The notes: a model not told the origin generated them from the sequence alone. Counted from the stretch's first letter, positions 1 to 12,278 are shown. The stretch is DNA of 64,000 nt from Glaucostegus cemiculus (GCA_976551045.1 CDPCPM010000025.1:4774001-4838000); one strand, 5' to 3'. Translations and numbers: made by a program.

Positions 1-355
1 CGACGACAGCCGTTTTACCTGGAACTTTACCCTTGCCGCCATTGCCCAGCCAGTCCTGGGAGCCGACTTCCTCCAGGCCCACAGTCTGTTAGTCGACCTG
101 TGAGGGAAACGGCTAGTGCACTCTAGAACCTTCCAAACTTACTCTCTGGGAGAAGCCAGCCTACCAGCCCTGCGCCTGGACTCCGTTTCCCTGTCTGGCA
201 ACGAGTTCACCAAGCTCCTAACCGAGTTCCCATTGGTTCTGGCACCTCAGTTCACAAATTTGATGCCCAAACATGGGGTGCGGCACCACATCACTATGAC
301 AGGGCCACCCCTTCACACCTGAGCATGACAACTACCGCCAGACAAGCTCCACCTG

Positions 356-2546
356 GTGACGGAGGAGTTCCGCCGCATGGAGGAGCTGGGGATCGCTCGC
401 AGGTCAGACAGTCCCTGGGCCTCCCCCCTGCACATGGTCCCCAAAGCCGCCGGCGGGTGGAGGCCCTGCAGCAACGACCACAGGCTGAACGATGCCACCG
501 CCCCAGACCACTACCCCGTCCTTCATATCCAGGACTTTGCAGCAAACCTACACGGGGCCCACATCTTCTCCAAGGTTGACCCCGTCCGGGGATACCACCA
601 AATCCCGGCCCACCCTGACGATATCCCCAAAACTGTGCTCATCACTCCATTCGGCCTCTCTGAATTCCTTCGAATGCCATTCGGTCTTAAGAACGCCGCA
701 CAGACCTTCCAGAAGCTGAAGGATGTGGCCGGCTGCGACCTGGACTTCGTGTTCATTTATTTAGATGACATCCTAATTGCCAGCCATAACCGCCAAGAAC
801 ACCTTTCCCACCTCTGCCAGCTGTACTCCCGCCTCAGTGATTTCAGCCTCACCATCAACCCAGCCAAGTGCCAATTCGGCCTCAACTGTATCGATTTTCT
901 TGGCCACAGAATCACCAGCGAGGGAGCAGCACCTCCACCCACCAAGGTAGACGCTATCCGTCATTCTGCCCGTCCTAACATGGTCAAAGGACTGCAGGAG
1001 TTCATTGGGATGGTCAACTTTTACCATCGTTTCATCCCTGCAGCAGTCCGTATCGTGCGCCCTTTGTTCTTGCTGATGTCTGGCAAGGGCAAGGACATTA
1101 CCTGGGATTGCGAGGCTGCGGCTGCCTTCGTTACGGCCAAAGAAGCCCTAGTAGACGTCGCGATGCTGGTACACCCCAGGACCGACGTCCCAACCGCCCT
1201 CACGGTGGACGCATCCAACACCGCAGTTGGTGGGGTACTGGAACAACCAATCGAAGCCGTTGGCAACCTTTGGCATTTTTCAGCAGGCACCTGAGGCCAC
1301 CTGAACTTAAATACAGCGCCTTTGATCGAGAACAGCACTAGTAGTTTACGATCAAAGGCACTTCCGGTACTTTTCAGAAGGCAGACCTTTCACCGCTTTC
1401 ACTGACCACAAGTCATTGTCTTTCGCCTTCTCTAAGGTCTCAGATCCCTGGTCAGCCCACCAGCAGTGACATTTGTCCTACATTTCCGAGTTCACAACAG
1501 ATATTCAACATGTCTCCGGAAAGGGCAATGTCGTTGCTGACGCGTTGTCCAGACCGACCATCCACAGCCTGTCCCTGGGTGTAGACTACGTGGCCCTGGC
1601 TGACACACAGCAAGCTGACGATGAGCTGCCCAGCTACAGAACTGCAGTCTCAGGACTGCAGCTCCAAGATTTCATCACGGACCCTCCTGTGCGACGTTGC
1701 AACAGGTCAGCCCCGCCTGATAGTTCCTGCAGCCTGGCGGAAACGCGTTTTCGACTCGGTACACGGGTTGGCACACCCGTCCGTCATATCGACTGTCCGA
1801 CTAGTCGCCAGCCAGTTCATTTGGCACAGCCTGCACAAACAGGTCAGTCAGTGGGCCAAGACTTGTCCGCACTGCCAGGCATCAAAAATCCAACGACACA
1901 CCAAGGTCCCGCCGCAGCAGTTCGAGCCTACCTGTAGACGGTTCGACCACATTCACGTTGACCTCGTTGGTCCCCTGCCTGTTTCAAGAGGAGCGTGATA
2001 CCTCCTTACCATCATGGACTCGTTCACGAGGTGGGCAGAGGCAACCTCTCTCTCAGACATCACGACCAATTCCCGCACCCAGGTGCTGCTCAAAACTTGG
2101 GTCTCGCATTTTGGTGTTCCGGCCCACATCACTTCAGACAGAAGCGCCCAGTTTACCTCCAGCCTATGGTCTGCATTAGCAAACATGGTGGGAACGCAGC
2201 TGCACACCACCATGGCCTACCACCCCCAGTCAAACAGGTTGGTAGAACATTTCCACCGTCAGCTGAAATCAGCCCTGATGGCCCACCTGACAGGTAGTAA
2301 CTGGACATGCCTTGGGTCCTGCTCGGCATACGCACTGCCCCCAAGGAGAAGCTCCATGCTTCATCAGCTGAACTCGTGTACGGTGCGCCCCCGGTCATCC
2401 CAGGGGAGTTCATAACCGCCCTCAGGGGGCAAGAAGAACAACCTGTGGCAGTCCTGGGAAGACTGCGTGAGAGGCTTGGCAGCTTGGCACCAATTCCCAC
2501 TTCACAACTTGGTCAGTCCCCATCCTGTGTGCTCAAGGAACTCTGA
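356..2546 (+). pseudogene. pol: Disrupted Gypsy pol (RT-RNase H-integrase)
   Basis: Consecutive ORF fragments 356-1294, 1473-, 1621-1998, 2014-2415 and 2307-2546 are collinear with the pol of the copy at 53230-56208. Confidence 0.93.
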
Positions 2547-2827
2547 GACTGTAAGTTCATTTTTGTTCACAGGGGCACACCAAGGGCACTGTTACAACAA
2601 CCAAACAAGGGGCCTTTCCGGGTTTTCAGAAATAATGGGTCCAACTTTATTTTGGGGGCAAGGAAGAAGTCTTCATGACAGACCACTTCAAACTGGCCCA
2701 TGTAGGCCTACAACAACCAGTCAAAGTCCCAACACCGTGAAGCAGAGGCTGACCACCCAAGCAACGGCTAGCACACCCTGCGAACTTTGGGGACTGTATC
2801 GCTGGTTTGGCGGGAGGGGGGTGGTTG

Positions 2828-3111
2828 TTTAGCGACTCACCGTCTGTGCAAGCGAACCGGCTCGGCGGTTGGGGCATGCGTCGTCAGAGCCGCGAGGCCC
2901 AAGATGGTGCTGGGCCTTCGTCTACCCCGAGCAATGGGGGAGAACTTGCGGCGTGAAAAGTTGATGACGTATCGTGTATGTCATTTCTGAGTTCGGAGGG
3001 CGGGAACTGTACTTCTGAAAAGGCCTGCACAAGGCAGGTAAATAAATCAGTCTTGTTCAACAGCTCACAGACTCGTGTCTTTATTCTCACATCATGGTAG
3101 CAGCCACTACA
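2828..3111 (+). repeat. 3' LTR of the first Gypsy copy (~284 bp)
   Basis: Begins tttagcgactcac (the second copy's LTR begins TGTAGCGACTCAC) right after the PPT, contains AATAAA at 3041 and ends cactACA at the switch to AT-rich host DNA. Confidence 0.85.
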
Positions 3112-3841
3112 CATTGTTTTATGACAGTATTCTGCTGATTGGAATATACCTGATTCCACTTCAATAGCACATTTTTTAATATATTGTTACACATTTATAA
3201 TAAAGGTGACAAATGGACTATGACATCACTACTTTCTGGTTTGTTTTCAGAATATATTATTACTGGATCTCATGGCACTGCATATAGAAGTATAACCACA
3301 AGTAGTGTGCAAAACTACCAGGAAGAGAAAGCATGTAGGAACTTAAGAAGTAACCACTGATTTGACAGTTGCCACTAATTCTATGTTCCATTCAACCCAC
3401 TTCCCATTCTCCCTCACCCATCTGCATAACCATCTATTCATTTACCCTCAAATGTTTATCTAGCTTCCCCTGAAATGCATTTATCTCATTTACTACATTT
3501 CCACATTCTTTCTGCACTGTGCGTTATCAAGATTTACGTTGCCTATTTGATTTTTGTTCTTGTATCTATCTTACATCAATTGTAGAAGGAGAAACCTGAA
3601 AAATTGAATGATTCATAGTATACCGTATTTCCTCAGTTTGTGATGCTAAGCTATAGACATTTATTTTCATAAATTCTAATACAGTAAATACTGTAAAGCA
3701 TTGGAATAATCATTAAAGTCATTCAAATCTGCTCATATTTGTCAAGGCATGTCTGAGATCTTTTTAACTAATATAGTTATATAGTTAGGAACCTTTCCCC
3801 TCAGCAGAGATGTCTATAAACAGAGGATATATGAGATAGAG

Positions 3842-4206
3842 ATATTTGTCTTCATTAGCAGGGTATATTAGACAAGGATGGTACAACTTTATAAAACATT
3901 GGTTAGGCCACAATTAGAGTACTATGTGCTTCTAGTTGCCATACTATAAGAAGGACATGATTACACTGGAGAGGATGCAGAGGAGGTTCACCAGGACATT
4001 ACCGGGGATGGAGCTTTTCAGTTAGGAGGAGAGACTACATCAGTTGGCTTTGCTTTCATTAGAATGGAAGAGATTGAGGGGGATCCTCAAAGATGTACAC
4101 AAAATTATGAAGGGAATAGGTAGGGTAGAGAGTAAAAACTTCTCCACATAGCAGAGCATCTGAAACTGAGGGCATAAATTTAGGTTAAGGAGTGAGATCT
4201 GAGGAA
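3842..4206 (+). mobile_element. CR1 LINE ORF2 3' fragment (continues at ~5575-5810 after nested insertions)
   Basis: Degenerate 'LYKTLVRPQLEY...LERMQRRFTR' coding pattern shared with the other CR1 copies; resumes after a duplicated gatctgaggaa. Confidence 0.8.
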
Positions 4207-4235
4207 AACATAAGAGAGACTACAGGCGCTGGTGT

Positions 4236-4274
4236 TGCGAGAGGTCCCGGGTTCAAGTCCCGGACGAGCCCCCA
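4236..4274 (+). other. Copy of the 3' 39 nt of mature tRNA-Pro including CCA (extended primer-binding sequence on the minus strand); not a tRNA gene
   Basis: t-gcgag-aggtc-ccggg-ttcaagt-cccgg-acgagcc-c-cca matches vertebrate tRNA-Pro positions 38-76 with one difference. The minus strand begins TGGGGGCTCGTCCGGGA, the MLV-type tRNA-Pro PBS. Confidence 0.93.
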
Positions 4275-4278
4275 ATTT

Positions 4279-5112
4279 TGTTACGAAACCAGCAACAAAA
4301 GAAGCACACCAATCCCTACTTCAGTGTTAAAACTACTTTATTAATAACTACATCCGATAATACGTAAAATAAGAATAAAAAGTTAGTATATTAGTACACA
4401 ATAAAATATTAGAATCTTAAACTATAACCCCAAAACTACTCGTCGTGTGTGCGTGTCGAATTCCTAAACTCAAAGTCCAGGAATTAGTTCTTAAAGTTCA
4501 GTTTAATAAGCCGTAAAATGAAACACGAATAAAGGCTTCTTCACAAGCACCGTCCACCGAAGACAAAACATAGATATAGAGAGAGATTAGAGAGGAATCA
4601 CGAAATCCAAATGTTCCACTCAAAATTCAAACGACACTTCAGGGCTAACTCGGTAGTGACTTTCTCACCCTGAAAACTCCTGGATCGTGACTGTCCATGC
4701 AAATACCTGTGTTCTTCTACAGGTTAGCAGCAAAGTGAATTCCGTCACTTTGTTCCACAGTATCTGCCACTCTGAAGAGCATCCAAAATGTGGTTATCCA
4801 TGTAAACACCTGTGTCCTTCTACAGGTTACCAACAAAGTGAACTCCACTGGACTACTCCAGGAATCCATCCATGGATTTTAGTGTCAAACACAGTTACTG
4901 TCCTTCATCCATCGACAGAAACAAAACAGGCTGCCATCTCTCCTTCTTCTATCTCTCCATCTGTTTGTCTCTCTCTCTCTCTCCTCTCTTTTTCTTTCTA
5001 GTAATGACCTCATTTCGTTCATCTTATCTTCTGTTGACGTAATACGTTGCACACACACACACAATGTCCCATCTTAAAGGGATATTTGCCAATAGTAAGC
5101 TACTTCATAACA
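4279..5112 (-). mobile_element. Solo LTR (~834 bp) of a tRNA-Pro-primed ERV/LTR element
   Basis: Minus-strand termini TGTTATGAA...TTCGTAACA (inverted repeats); AATAAA ~60 nt from its 3' end (tttatt 4337-4342); internal direct repeat at ~4701-4745 and ~4803-4847; followed by a tRNA-Pro PBS; 4-bp TSD CTGG at 4229-4232 and 5113-5116. Confidence 0.88.
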
Positions 5113-5574
5113 CTGGAAATCTGGAGCAACACACACAAAATGCTGGAGGAGCTCAGCAGGCCAGGCAGCATCTATGCAGGGAATGAACAGGGTTTCATGC
5201 CAAAACCCTTCATCAGGACTGGAAAGGAAGAGGGAAGAAGCCAGAATAAAAGGGGAGTGAGATGGGGAGGGGCACGAGCTGGTGGTGATAGGTGAATCCA
5301 GGTGAGAGGGCGAAGGTAGGTGGGTAGGGAAGGAGAGGTGAAGGGGAATGATATGAGAAGCTGGGAGGTGACAGGTGGGAGATGCAAAGGGCTGAAGAAG
5401 TAGGAATCTAATAGGAGAGGACAGTAGACATGGAACAAAGGGAAAAAGATAGACAGGTCATGAGGGCATTTGAGGAGAAAGAGAGAAGGTGAAAGAGTCA
5501 CAGGAATGAGGGAAAACAAAGGGGGGGGAAGGAAAACAAAGGGGATTGGCTACCAGAAGTTAGAAAAATTTGAG

Positions 5575-6092
5575 GATCTGAGGAAGAATTATTTTCCCAT
5601 TTCGAGGATGGTTGGAATCTGGGAATGCACTGCATAAGGAGGTGGAGAAGCCAGAGACTCTCACAACATTTATTGCACTTAAATTGCCATGGTACAGAGG
5701 GCCACAGGAAGTGCCGGAAGTTGGGATTAGTATAGATGGGTATTTGATTGTCAGTATGCACATCGTGGGCCAAAGGGCCTGTTTCTGAGTTGTACAACTG
5801 ACTCCATGATGATACGGTATGGGTTTAAAGTAATGGGCAGGAGATTTAGAAGGGATTCAAGGAAGAGTCTTTACATCCAGAGGGTGGTGGAAATCTGAAA
5901 CACACTGCCTGGTGGATGCAGTTACTCTCCCAACATTTAAGAGATATTTAGATAAGCATCTGAAATGCCATGCAGTAAAAGGCTTTGGGCTGAGTGCTAG
6001 AAAATGGGATTTGCATAAAGAAGTACTCGATGGTCAGCATGGACATGGTGGGTCAAAGAGCCTGCTTCTACTCTGTATGATTCTGTGACTCT
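5575..6092 (+). mobile_element. Two tandem CR1 3'-end fragments
   Basis: Each ends in the CR1 3' UTR motif gggccaaagggcctgtttct...tgactc. Confidence 0.75.
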
Positions 6093-6937
6093 TTAACAAA
6101 TTTTCTACTTTGCAATGGGTATCCAAAAAGGAAGGTCATGGTTTCACTACAGGGGCTTGACCACCCTGAACTGAAAGAGAACAACACCATAGGAAGTGCT
6201 GCTTTTGGGTGATCCTTTAAATCTGAGGCCCCTTCAGCTTTTTCCTTTGATAAAAGATTCCACAGTATTATTTCAAAGAGCATGAGCCCTTTCCCTGGCA
6301 TCCTTGGCAGGATTATCAGGTAATTCATGCAGTGTGTTTTGAGACATGAAGCAGCTCTTACTGCACCTAATGATCCCATGACATATTATCTTTTCCACAT
6401 TCCACTCATGAATTATTCATAGACAATATGATAGACTATTTCTCATGATTTCTTTTCCATTGGCTGTGGCACATATTACCACAGGTTTTTTGATTGGAAT
6501 GTATTTCTTTGACAAAATTATACAACAATTTTGACTCAGTATTTCAGAGAGATGCTTACTAGGTTCTTTTATAAGTGTATTGTTCGGCTTTCAAACACAT
6601 GCCTTTAGGTAACATTTGTAATATCAATTTAACTTTCAATTCCTAAACATTGAACATGCAATAATTTATTATTGTAATTGCAACATTTTATTCTATTGTT
6701 AAAATTATCCTCAGATTTGACAGGGAAAATTATAAGAAAAGAGACAAGGTTTCAAAATGAAGTTGATTTACATGGGATGAATCAGAAATTGGCCTCAATT
6801 TATCTATGCAAAATTAACAGATGAAATGGTGAATAACCAGTGAAATGTGGTTACAGAAGTATTTCACACTATCTGACGACTTTATTTCCCCTGTGAGCAA
6901 AAAGTTTACTTTTACAGTTTGTTGTCCTCCTATTTTT

Positions 6938-7590
6938 AGGCAGTCCCTCGGGGTAAGGATACTTGCTTTATCTCCAGCCTTGTGAGCTTTGAGGTGTCTG
7001 ATTGGGCTAATGTGAGATATACAGAAGTGCTTGATAAGGCAGGTGGGTCAATAGTTTGGGAGGTACTTCTGAGCTGGTGCTGGCTTTCTGTGTAGTCCTG
7101 GTGAATGGACATGAGGGTTTCATGCCATCCCAGAAGCTCTTTCTCTATTTAGATAGATCATAGAACACCTACAGCACAATTCAGGCCCTTCGGCCCACAA
7201 AGCTGTGCCGAACATGTCCCTACATTGGAAATTACTGGGCATTCTCACAGCCCTCTATTTTACTTATCTCCATGTACCTATCTAACACTCTCTTGAAAGA
7301 CCCTATCGTATCCGCCTCCACCACTGCTTCTGGCAGCCCATTCCATGTACTCACCACTCTCTGAGTAAAAAACTTACCCCTGACATCTCCTCTATATCTA
7401 CTCCCCGGCACCTTAAACCTATGTCCTCTTGTGGCCACCATTTCAGCCATTTGTAGTGGTTGTGGGCCAGAGTTCCCATGTGTTGCTTCAAGGAGGCTTT
7501 AAGACCATCCTTGAATCTTTTCCTCTAATAATCTTTTGTCCTGACAGAGCTCAGAACAGAGTGCCTGTTTCAAGAGTCTGATATCATCAT
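6938..7590 (-). mobile_element. RTE (BovB-like) LINE 3' fragment, split by a CR1 insertion
   Basis: Minus strand near 7490-7585 reads approximately RLLKQALCSELCQ..KRFKDGLKASLK, typical of the RTE C-terminus; the 3' UTR ggcagtccctcgg.. is shared with 50880-51010. Confidence 0.65.
7155..7450 (-). mobile_element. Young CR1 3' fragment
   Basis: ORF 7232-7450 TRGHRFKV...RGKFFTQRVV..WNGLP is the CR1 ORF2 C-terminus, followed by the 3' UTR. Confidence 0.9.
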
Positions 7591-7667
7591 AAGGAGATAA
7601 GAGATAGTTTAAAGTGAAAGGACAGTGTTTATATAATTGGAAAGAATGATGTAACCGCAGGCAACTT

Positions 7668-7813
7668 CTCTCATCTTCAAAATGTGGAAGTGTCCCATAG
7701 TAGGAAGTCGCACTCAGTCCTGTTGTAGAAAATCATCTTAGATATGGGCTCAAGTCCCTGAGGTGGAGCTTGAACCATAGATTTCTGATTCAGAGATGAA
7801 AAAGCTACCATTG
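7668..7813 (-). mobile_element. Old DeuSINE-like (SacSINE1/AmnSINE1-type) relic
   Basis: gctcaagtccctgaggtggagcttgaacc...ttctgattcagag resembles the reverse complement of the tRNA-like head and Deu domain as recalled; highly diverged. Confidence 0.45.
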
Positions 7814-9921
7814 GCAAAAGGTAGACTTCTGCACAGAAAAATTAAGCAATGTTAAACTTTTAAATGGCATTGCTTGACTTGACATTAGAATACACAATGC
7901 ATTTTGAGCACCTTATTTTAGCAATATAATCAATTCATGGCAAGGATTCAATGTACGTTCAATAGAAAAATGTCAAAAATAAGAGGCAATAACAGAGCTT
8001 CAAAATTATGAAAAGATTTGAAAAAGTGTCTACTAGTTGACAAAATTAAGCATATGGATTCCAGATCATAACAATAAAGTGGTAAATTGGAAAATATTTG
8101 TTCAAAACGAAGATTATTAGAGCTCTATATTTAATGGTCTTGGAGACTGATTATACTGTAACTTAATTTATAAGAGAATTTATTTAGGAAGAATGCTCAG
8201 GTAAATAGAGAAAATGAGATAAAAGTAAATAGCAGTAGTTATGGCAATGGCACCATCATAGACAAAATAAATCAAATCAGAACGTTTACCTTTTTCACTT
8301 ATATTTAAAATATGTTCCAATTCTTAACCTCTCTTTTTAAATCCATGTATATAACTTTGACTGCTTGGTTTCACATAAATCAGTATTAAATTCTAACTTG
8401 GTTATTAGATATATTTATAGACTGAGTATCTATTCATTTTCTTAAAGGTGTATCTTGCTCTTTTACATTATACATTAACCGAAATAACTTTTGATGTAGA
8501 TTTCTTTGTTTTCTTACCAGAGTTTAAGATTACGAAGATTTATTCTTACATCTACAGCTCTTAGCCTTTCATTTTATATTGTGTGCACTTCACTTCCAGA
8601 TTTATATACATGATGAGTTGCTATCATCCACATTATATGTTGTAATACAGTGTAAACTTCAAGTTCAATGTAAGTAATACATATTAGATCACAATGTAAA
8701 ATGCAAGGCACCCTGTATGCACAAATAAATATAGATACAAAAGCAAATATATGTTTTGCCTAATTATCATTGTTTTTCCAAGCCATTAAGCAGATCTGTC
8801 TAAACATCTACTGAACACCACTATTTATCTTTCTGGATTTGAGCTGTCCTATCTTTTCAGCCACCTATCCAGCCCTTTTGAAGTTCCTTGCCCTTGACCA
8901 TTTGTGCTGCATAACTTTCCTACTTCCTCATTTAGATCCTACAAGCTTACAGTTAAGTCTTCCAACAAGCCTGTAGTTAAGTCTTCCAACACAGATTATA
9001 CTGGTTGTAAAGGCTCTACATTGAAGGCTATAGTATATGTGATTATATGTGTTACATTTTACTCTCCATGACTTTGCCCTTTACAAACATTTACAGATTG
9101 CTCTTCATTCATTTCAATGTTCTACTTAGCTGTTCTTGTTCCTTTGGCCATCTATCAATTGTTTTCTGCCTTTCTATTTTCTCTTTCAAGGTAGAATTCT
9201 TACTTTTCTGCGTTTTGAGCTAAGAGTCCTCTATTTCTCTGTGACCAGCTGGTTGATTCTCAAACGCAATGTTTTGTGGATTGTATTCCACATTCTTATA
9301 CATAATAGGAAGGCAAAATGGGGACATGAGATAACTTTGGTAGAGAAGATTAAGGAAAATCCAAGGAGGTTTTATATTAAGGGAAAAAGACTAACCTGAG
9401 CAAGAAGATGCCCCCTCAAATACCAAAGGGGACACTTTTGTGTGGAGCTGCAGGAGGTGGACAAGGTCCTTAATGAATATTTTCCTCTGTTTTTACCATG
9501 GAGAAGGGCATGAAGACTTCAGAACTAAAAAAAAATAAGTGGGGAAGTCTTGGGGGTAGTCTGCATTATAGTAGAGGAGGTGCTGGATATCTTAAAGAGT
9601 ATGAAGGTAGACAAATCTCCAGGGCCTGAACCAGTTTATCCAAAAACACTGTGGGAAGCTAGAAAAGAAATAGCGGGAGCCCTGGCTGAGATATTTGCAT
9701 CATAGTTGGCCACAGGTGAGGTGCCATAGACTGGAGGGTAGCAAATGCTGTGCCATTATTTAAGAAGGGCGACAAAGGAAAACCTGGTCTGTAAGTCTAA
9801 CATTTGTAGCAGGTAAGTTACTGGAGAGGATTCTGAGGGCTAAGATAGACATACACCTTGAAAGACAGGGGTTGACTAGGGGTAGTCAGCAGGGCTTTGT
9901 GCATGGGAGATCATGTCTTAT

Positions 9922-10195
9922 GAACATAGAACATTGAAAACCTACAGCACAGTTCAGGCCCTTCAGCCCATAAAGCTGTGCCGAACATGTCCCTAGCTTA
10001 GAAATTGCTAGGCTTACCCATAACCCTCTAAGCCCCATGTACCTATCCAAAAGTCTCTTAAAAGACCCTATCGTATCTGCTTCCACCACTGTTGCCGGCA
10101 GCCCATTCCACACACTCACCACTCTCTGAGTAAAAAACTTACCCCGACATTTCCTTTATACCTACTCCCCAGCACCTTAAGCCTGTGTCCTCTTG
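9922..10195 (-). mobile_element. Young CR1 3' fragment nested antisense in an older CR1
   Basis: Same subfamily as 7155-7450 (WNGLPATVVEADTIGSFKR; tail ctatgttc). Confidence 0.9.
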
Positions 10196-11133
10196 ACTGA
10201 GTTGTTTGATGAGGTGATGAAGAAAGCAGATGAGGGCTGGGCGGTAGACATGGTTTATATAGACCATGTCTACTGCCTTTGATAAGGTTCCACATGGTAG
10301 GCTGCTCTGGAAGGTTAGATCACATGGAATCCAGGGATAGCTGGCTAATTGGATACACAGTTGACTTGATGGTAGAAATCGGAGGGAGATGGTGGAAGGT
10401 TGCTTCTCGGACTGGAGGCCCATGACTAGTGGTGTGCCTCAGGAGTCAGTTCTGGGCCTATTGTTGTTTGTCATCCATATCAACAATTTGGATAAGAATG
10501 TACAAGGCAAGGATAGTAAGCTCGCAGATGACACTAAAATAGGTGGTATAGTGGACAATGAAGAAGTTTATCAAAAATCACAGTGGGATCTTGATCAGCT
10601 GAGTAAATAGGCTGAGGAATGGCAAGCAGAGATTAATTCGGATATGTGTGAGCTGTTGCATTTTGGAAAGTCAAATCCAGGAAGGACTTTCACAATGTCC
10701 CTGGGGAGTGTTGCAGAGCAGAGTTACCTTGGAGTACAAGTACATGGTTCCCTGAAAGTGGAGTCACAGGTAGACAGGGTGGTGAAGAAGGCTTTTGACA
10801 TGCTGGTCTTCATATGTCAGGGTACTGAGTATTAAACTTGGGAGGTCATGGTGCGGTTGTACAGGACATTCTTGGAGTATTGTGCTCTGGTTTGGTTGCT
10901 CTGTTATAAGACAGATGTTATTAAACTGGAAAAGGTGCAGAAAAGATTGATAGGATGTTGCCAGGACTTGAGGGACTGAGTTATAGGGAGAGATTGGACA
11001 CACTAGGACTTTATTCCTTAAAGCATAGGAGACTGAGAGGTGATCTTATAGAGGGGGATGGTGCATGAGGGGCATAGATAGTGTGAATGCACTCAGTCTT
11101 TTTCCCAGAGTTGGGGTGTCCTGAACCAGAGGG

Positions 11134-11210
11134 CATAGGTTTAACATAGGTTTAACATAGGTTTAACATAGGTTTAACATAGGTTTAACATAGGTTTAAC
11201 ATAGGTTTAA
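11134..11210. repeat. Perfect minisatellite (CATAGGTTTAA)x7
   Basis: Seven exact 11-bp units, derived from the CR1 'GHRFK' codons. Confidence 0.97.
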
Positions 11211-11659
11211 CACGAGAGGCAAAAGATTTAAGAGGAACTTAAAGGGCAACTTTTTTTCACAAGGAGTGGCATCTATGTGGTATCAGCTGCCAGAGGAAGT
11301 GGTTGAGGCAGGTAAAATAACAACTTTTAAGAGACAGTTGGACACATACATGGATTGGAAAGGTTTAGAAAGTTATGGGCCAAAAGCTGGCAAATGGGAC
11401 CAGCTTGGATGGGGCATCTTGGTCAGCATGGACCAGTTGGGCTGAATGGTCTGTTTATGGCTCTATATTTCTACCTATTGAGATCATGGCTCTTTACGTA
11501 AGTATCAAAAGCTATTTGCTGAAGATTTACAAATAATATATGCTGGAAACATTCAGTGTGGCAAACAGAATGTGTTGAGAAAATGATGGAGTTAATGTTT
11601 CAGAAGTAAATCCTTTACCTTGTCTATTGCCCAGAAACTTCTCCGCACCTTAAAATGGT

Positions 11660-12278
11660 AGTTCCACAAAATGGCAACTGTTGCATTCTTGTTCAAAAAT
11701 GGTGCAAGGGCATACCTAGCAACTACATATTCTTCAGCTTAAGCTTGTATTTAAGCTTTTATAAATAATGATCAGGGGATATCACCCCTGAGGGGGTAGC
11801 AGTATTTTCCAGGGGTCTGGGAACTATTGCTATTTTTGCTATGTACTAGTAGTTAGGTGTAGGTGTGCAAGGTCAAATTCTGAGAAGACACAAAGCCTGG
11901 ACATGTGCTAAACAGTGAGTAGGATAGCCCAAGAGGATGCATATAGGCTGATGGAGTGGCCAGATAAATGACAGACGAAATTTAATGTAGAGAAGTGTAA
12001 AGTGATATATTTTAGCTGGAAGAAGGGGAGACAATATCAACTGAGTGAGATTGTTCAAAAGGGGTGCCGGAACAGAGAGACTTGGTTGTATGTTTGCATA
12101 GGTTTTGAAAGTGACAGGGCAGGTTGAGAAAACTGTTAATAAAATACATGGGACATGAGGTTTCTCGAGAAAGGCATAGAGTACAAAATTGTGAGGTTAT
12201 GTTGAACCATTATGCACACTAGTTAGACTTCAAAAAGCATACTGCATCCATTTCTCTTCACCACATTTGAGGAAGGAC
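11660..12278 (+). mobile_element. Highly degenerate CR1 RT fragment
   Basis: Remnants of 'FNVEKCKVI.F', 'EQRDLVV' and 'YCIHFSSPH' coding patterns. Confidence 0.6.

Larger units (their letters stand above)
1..3111 (+). mobile_element. Ty3/Gypsy LTR retrotransposon (CsRN1-like clade), 5' part outside window, decayed pol plus 3' LTR
   Basis: ORF 356-1294 has RT motifs (SPWASPLHMVPK, MPFGLKNAAQTFQ, YLDD) and the RNase H start (VDASNTAVGGVL). Downstream fragments give the integrase Zn finger (HGLAHP...CPHC), HIHVDLVGP and SDRSAQF...VEHFHR. Many stops and frameshifts. Polypurine tract ~2812-2821 precedes the LTR. Confidence 0.95.
4207..5574 (-). mobile_element. Penelope-like element 3' fragment, interrupted by a solo LTR
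   Basis: Reverse complement of the terminus seen at 38100-39833 (ctggagcaacacac...tgctggaggagctcagcagg); flanked by gatctgaggaa at 4196-4206 and 5575-5585 (putative TSD). Confidence 0.75.
9305..11466 (+). mobile_element. 5'-truncated CR1 LINE (RT to 3' UTR), with an antisense CR1 insert and a tandem repeat
   Basis: ORF fragments KIKENPRRFY, SGVPQESVLG..LADDTK and CELLHFGKSN; CR1 3' UTR. Confidence 0.92.

Noticed and set aside
4236-4274. tRNA-Pro gene
   Set aside because: Only the 3' half is present, with encoded CCA and no D arm or anticodon; it is a primer-derived copy.
8940-8991. Short tandem duplications (also 30487-30540, 34495-34520, 36312-36341)
   Set aside because: Ordinary slippage duplications with two copies; no sign of function.
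11134-11210. CRISPR-like or telomeric array
   Set aside because: No spacers and the unit is not TTAGGG; it is a simple tandem repeat from CR1 sequence in a vertebrate context.
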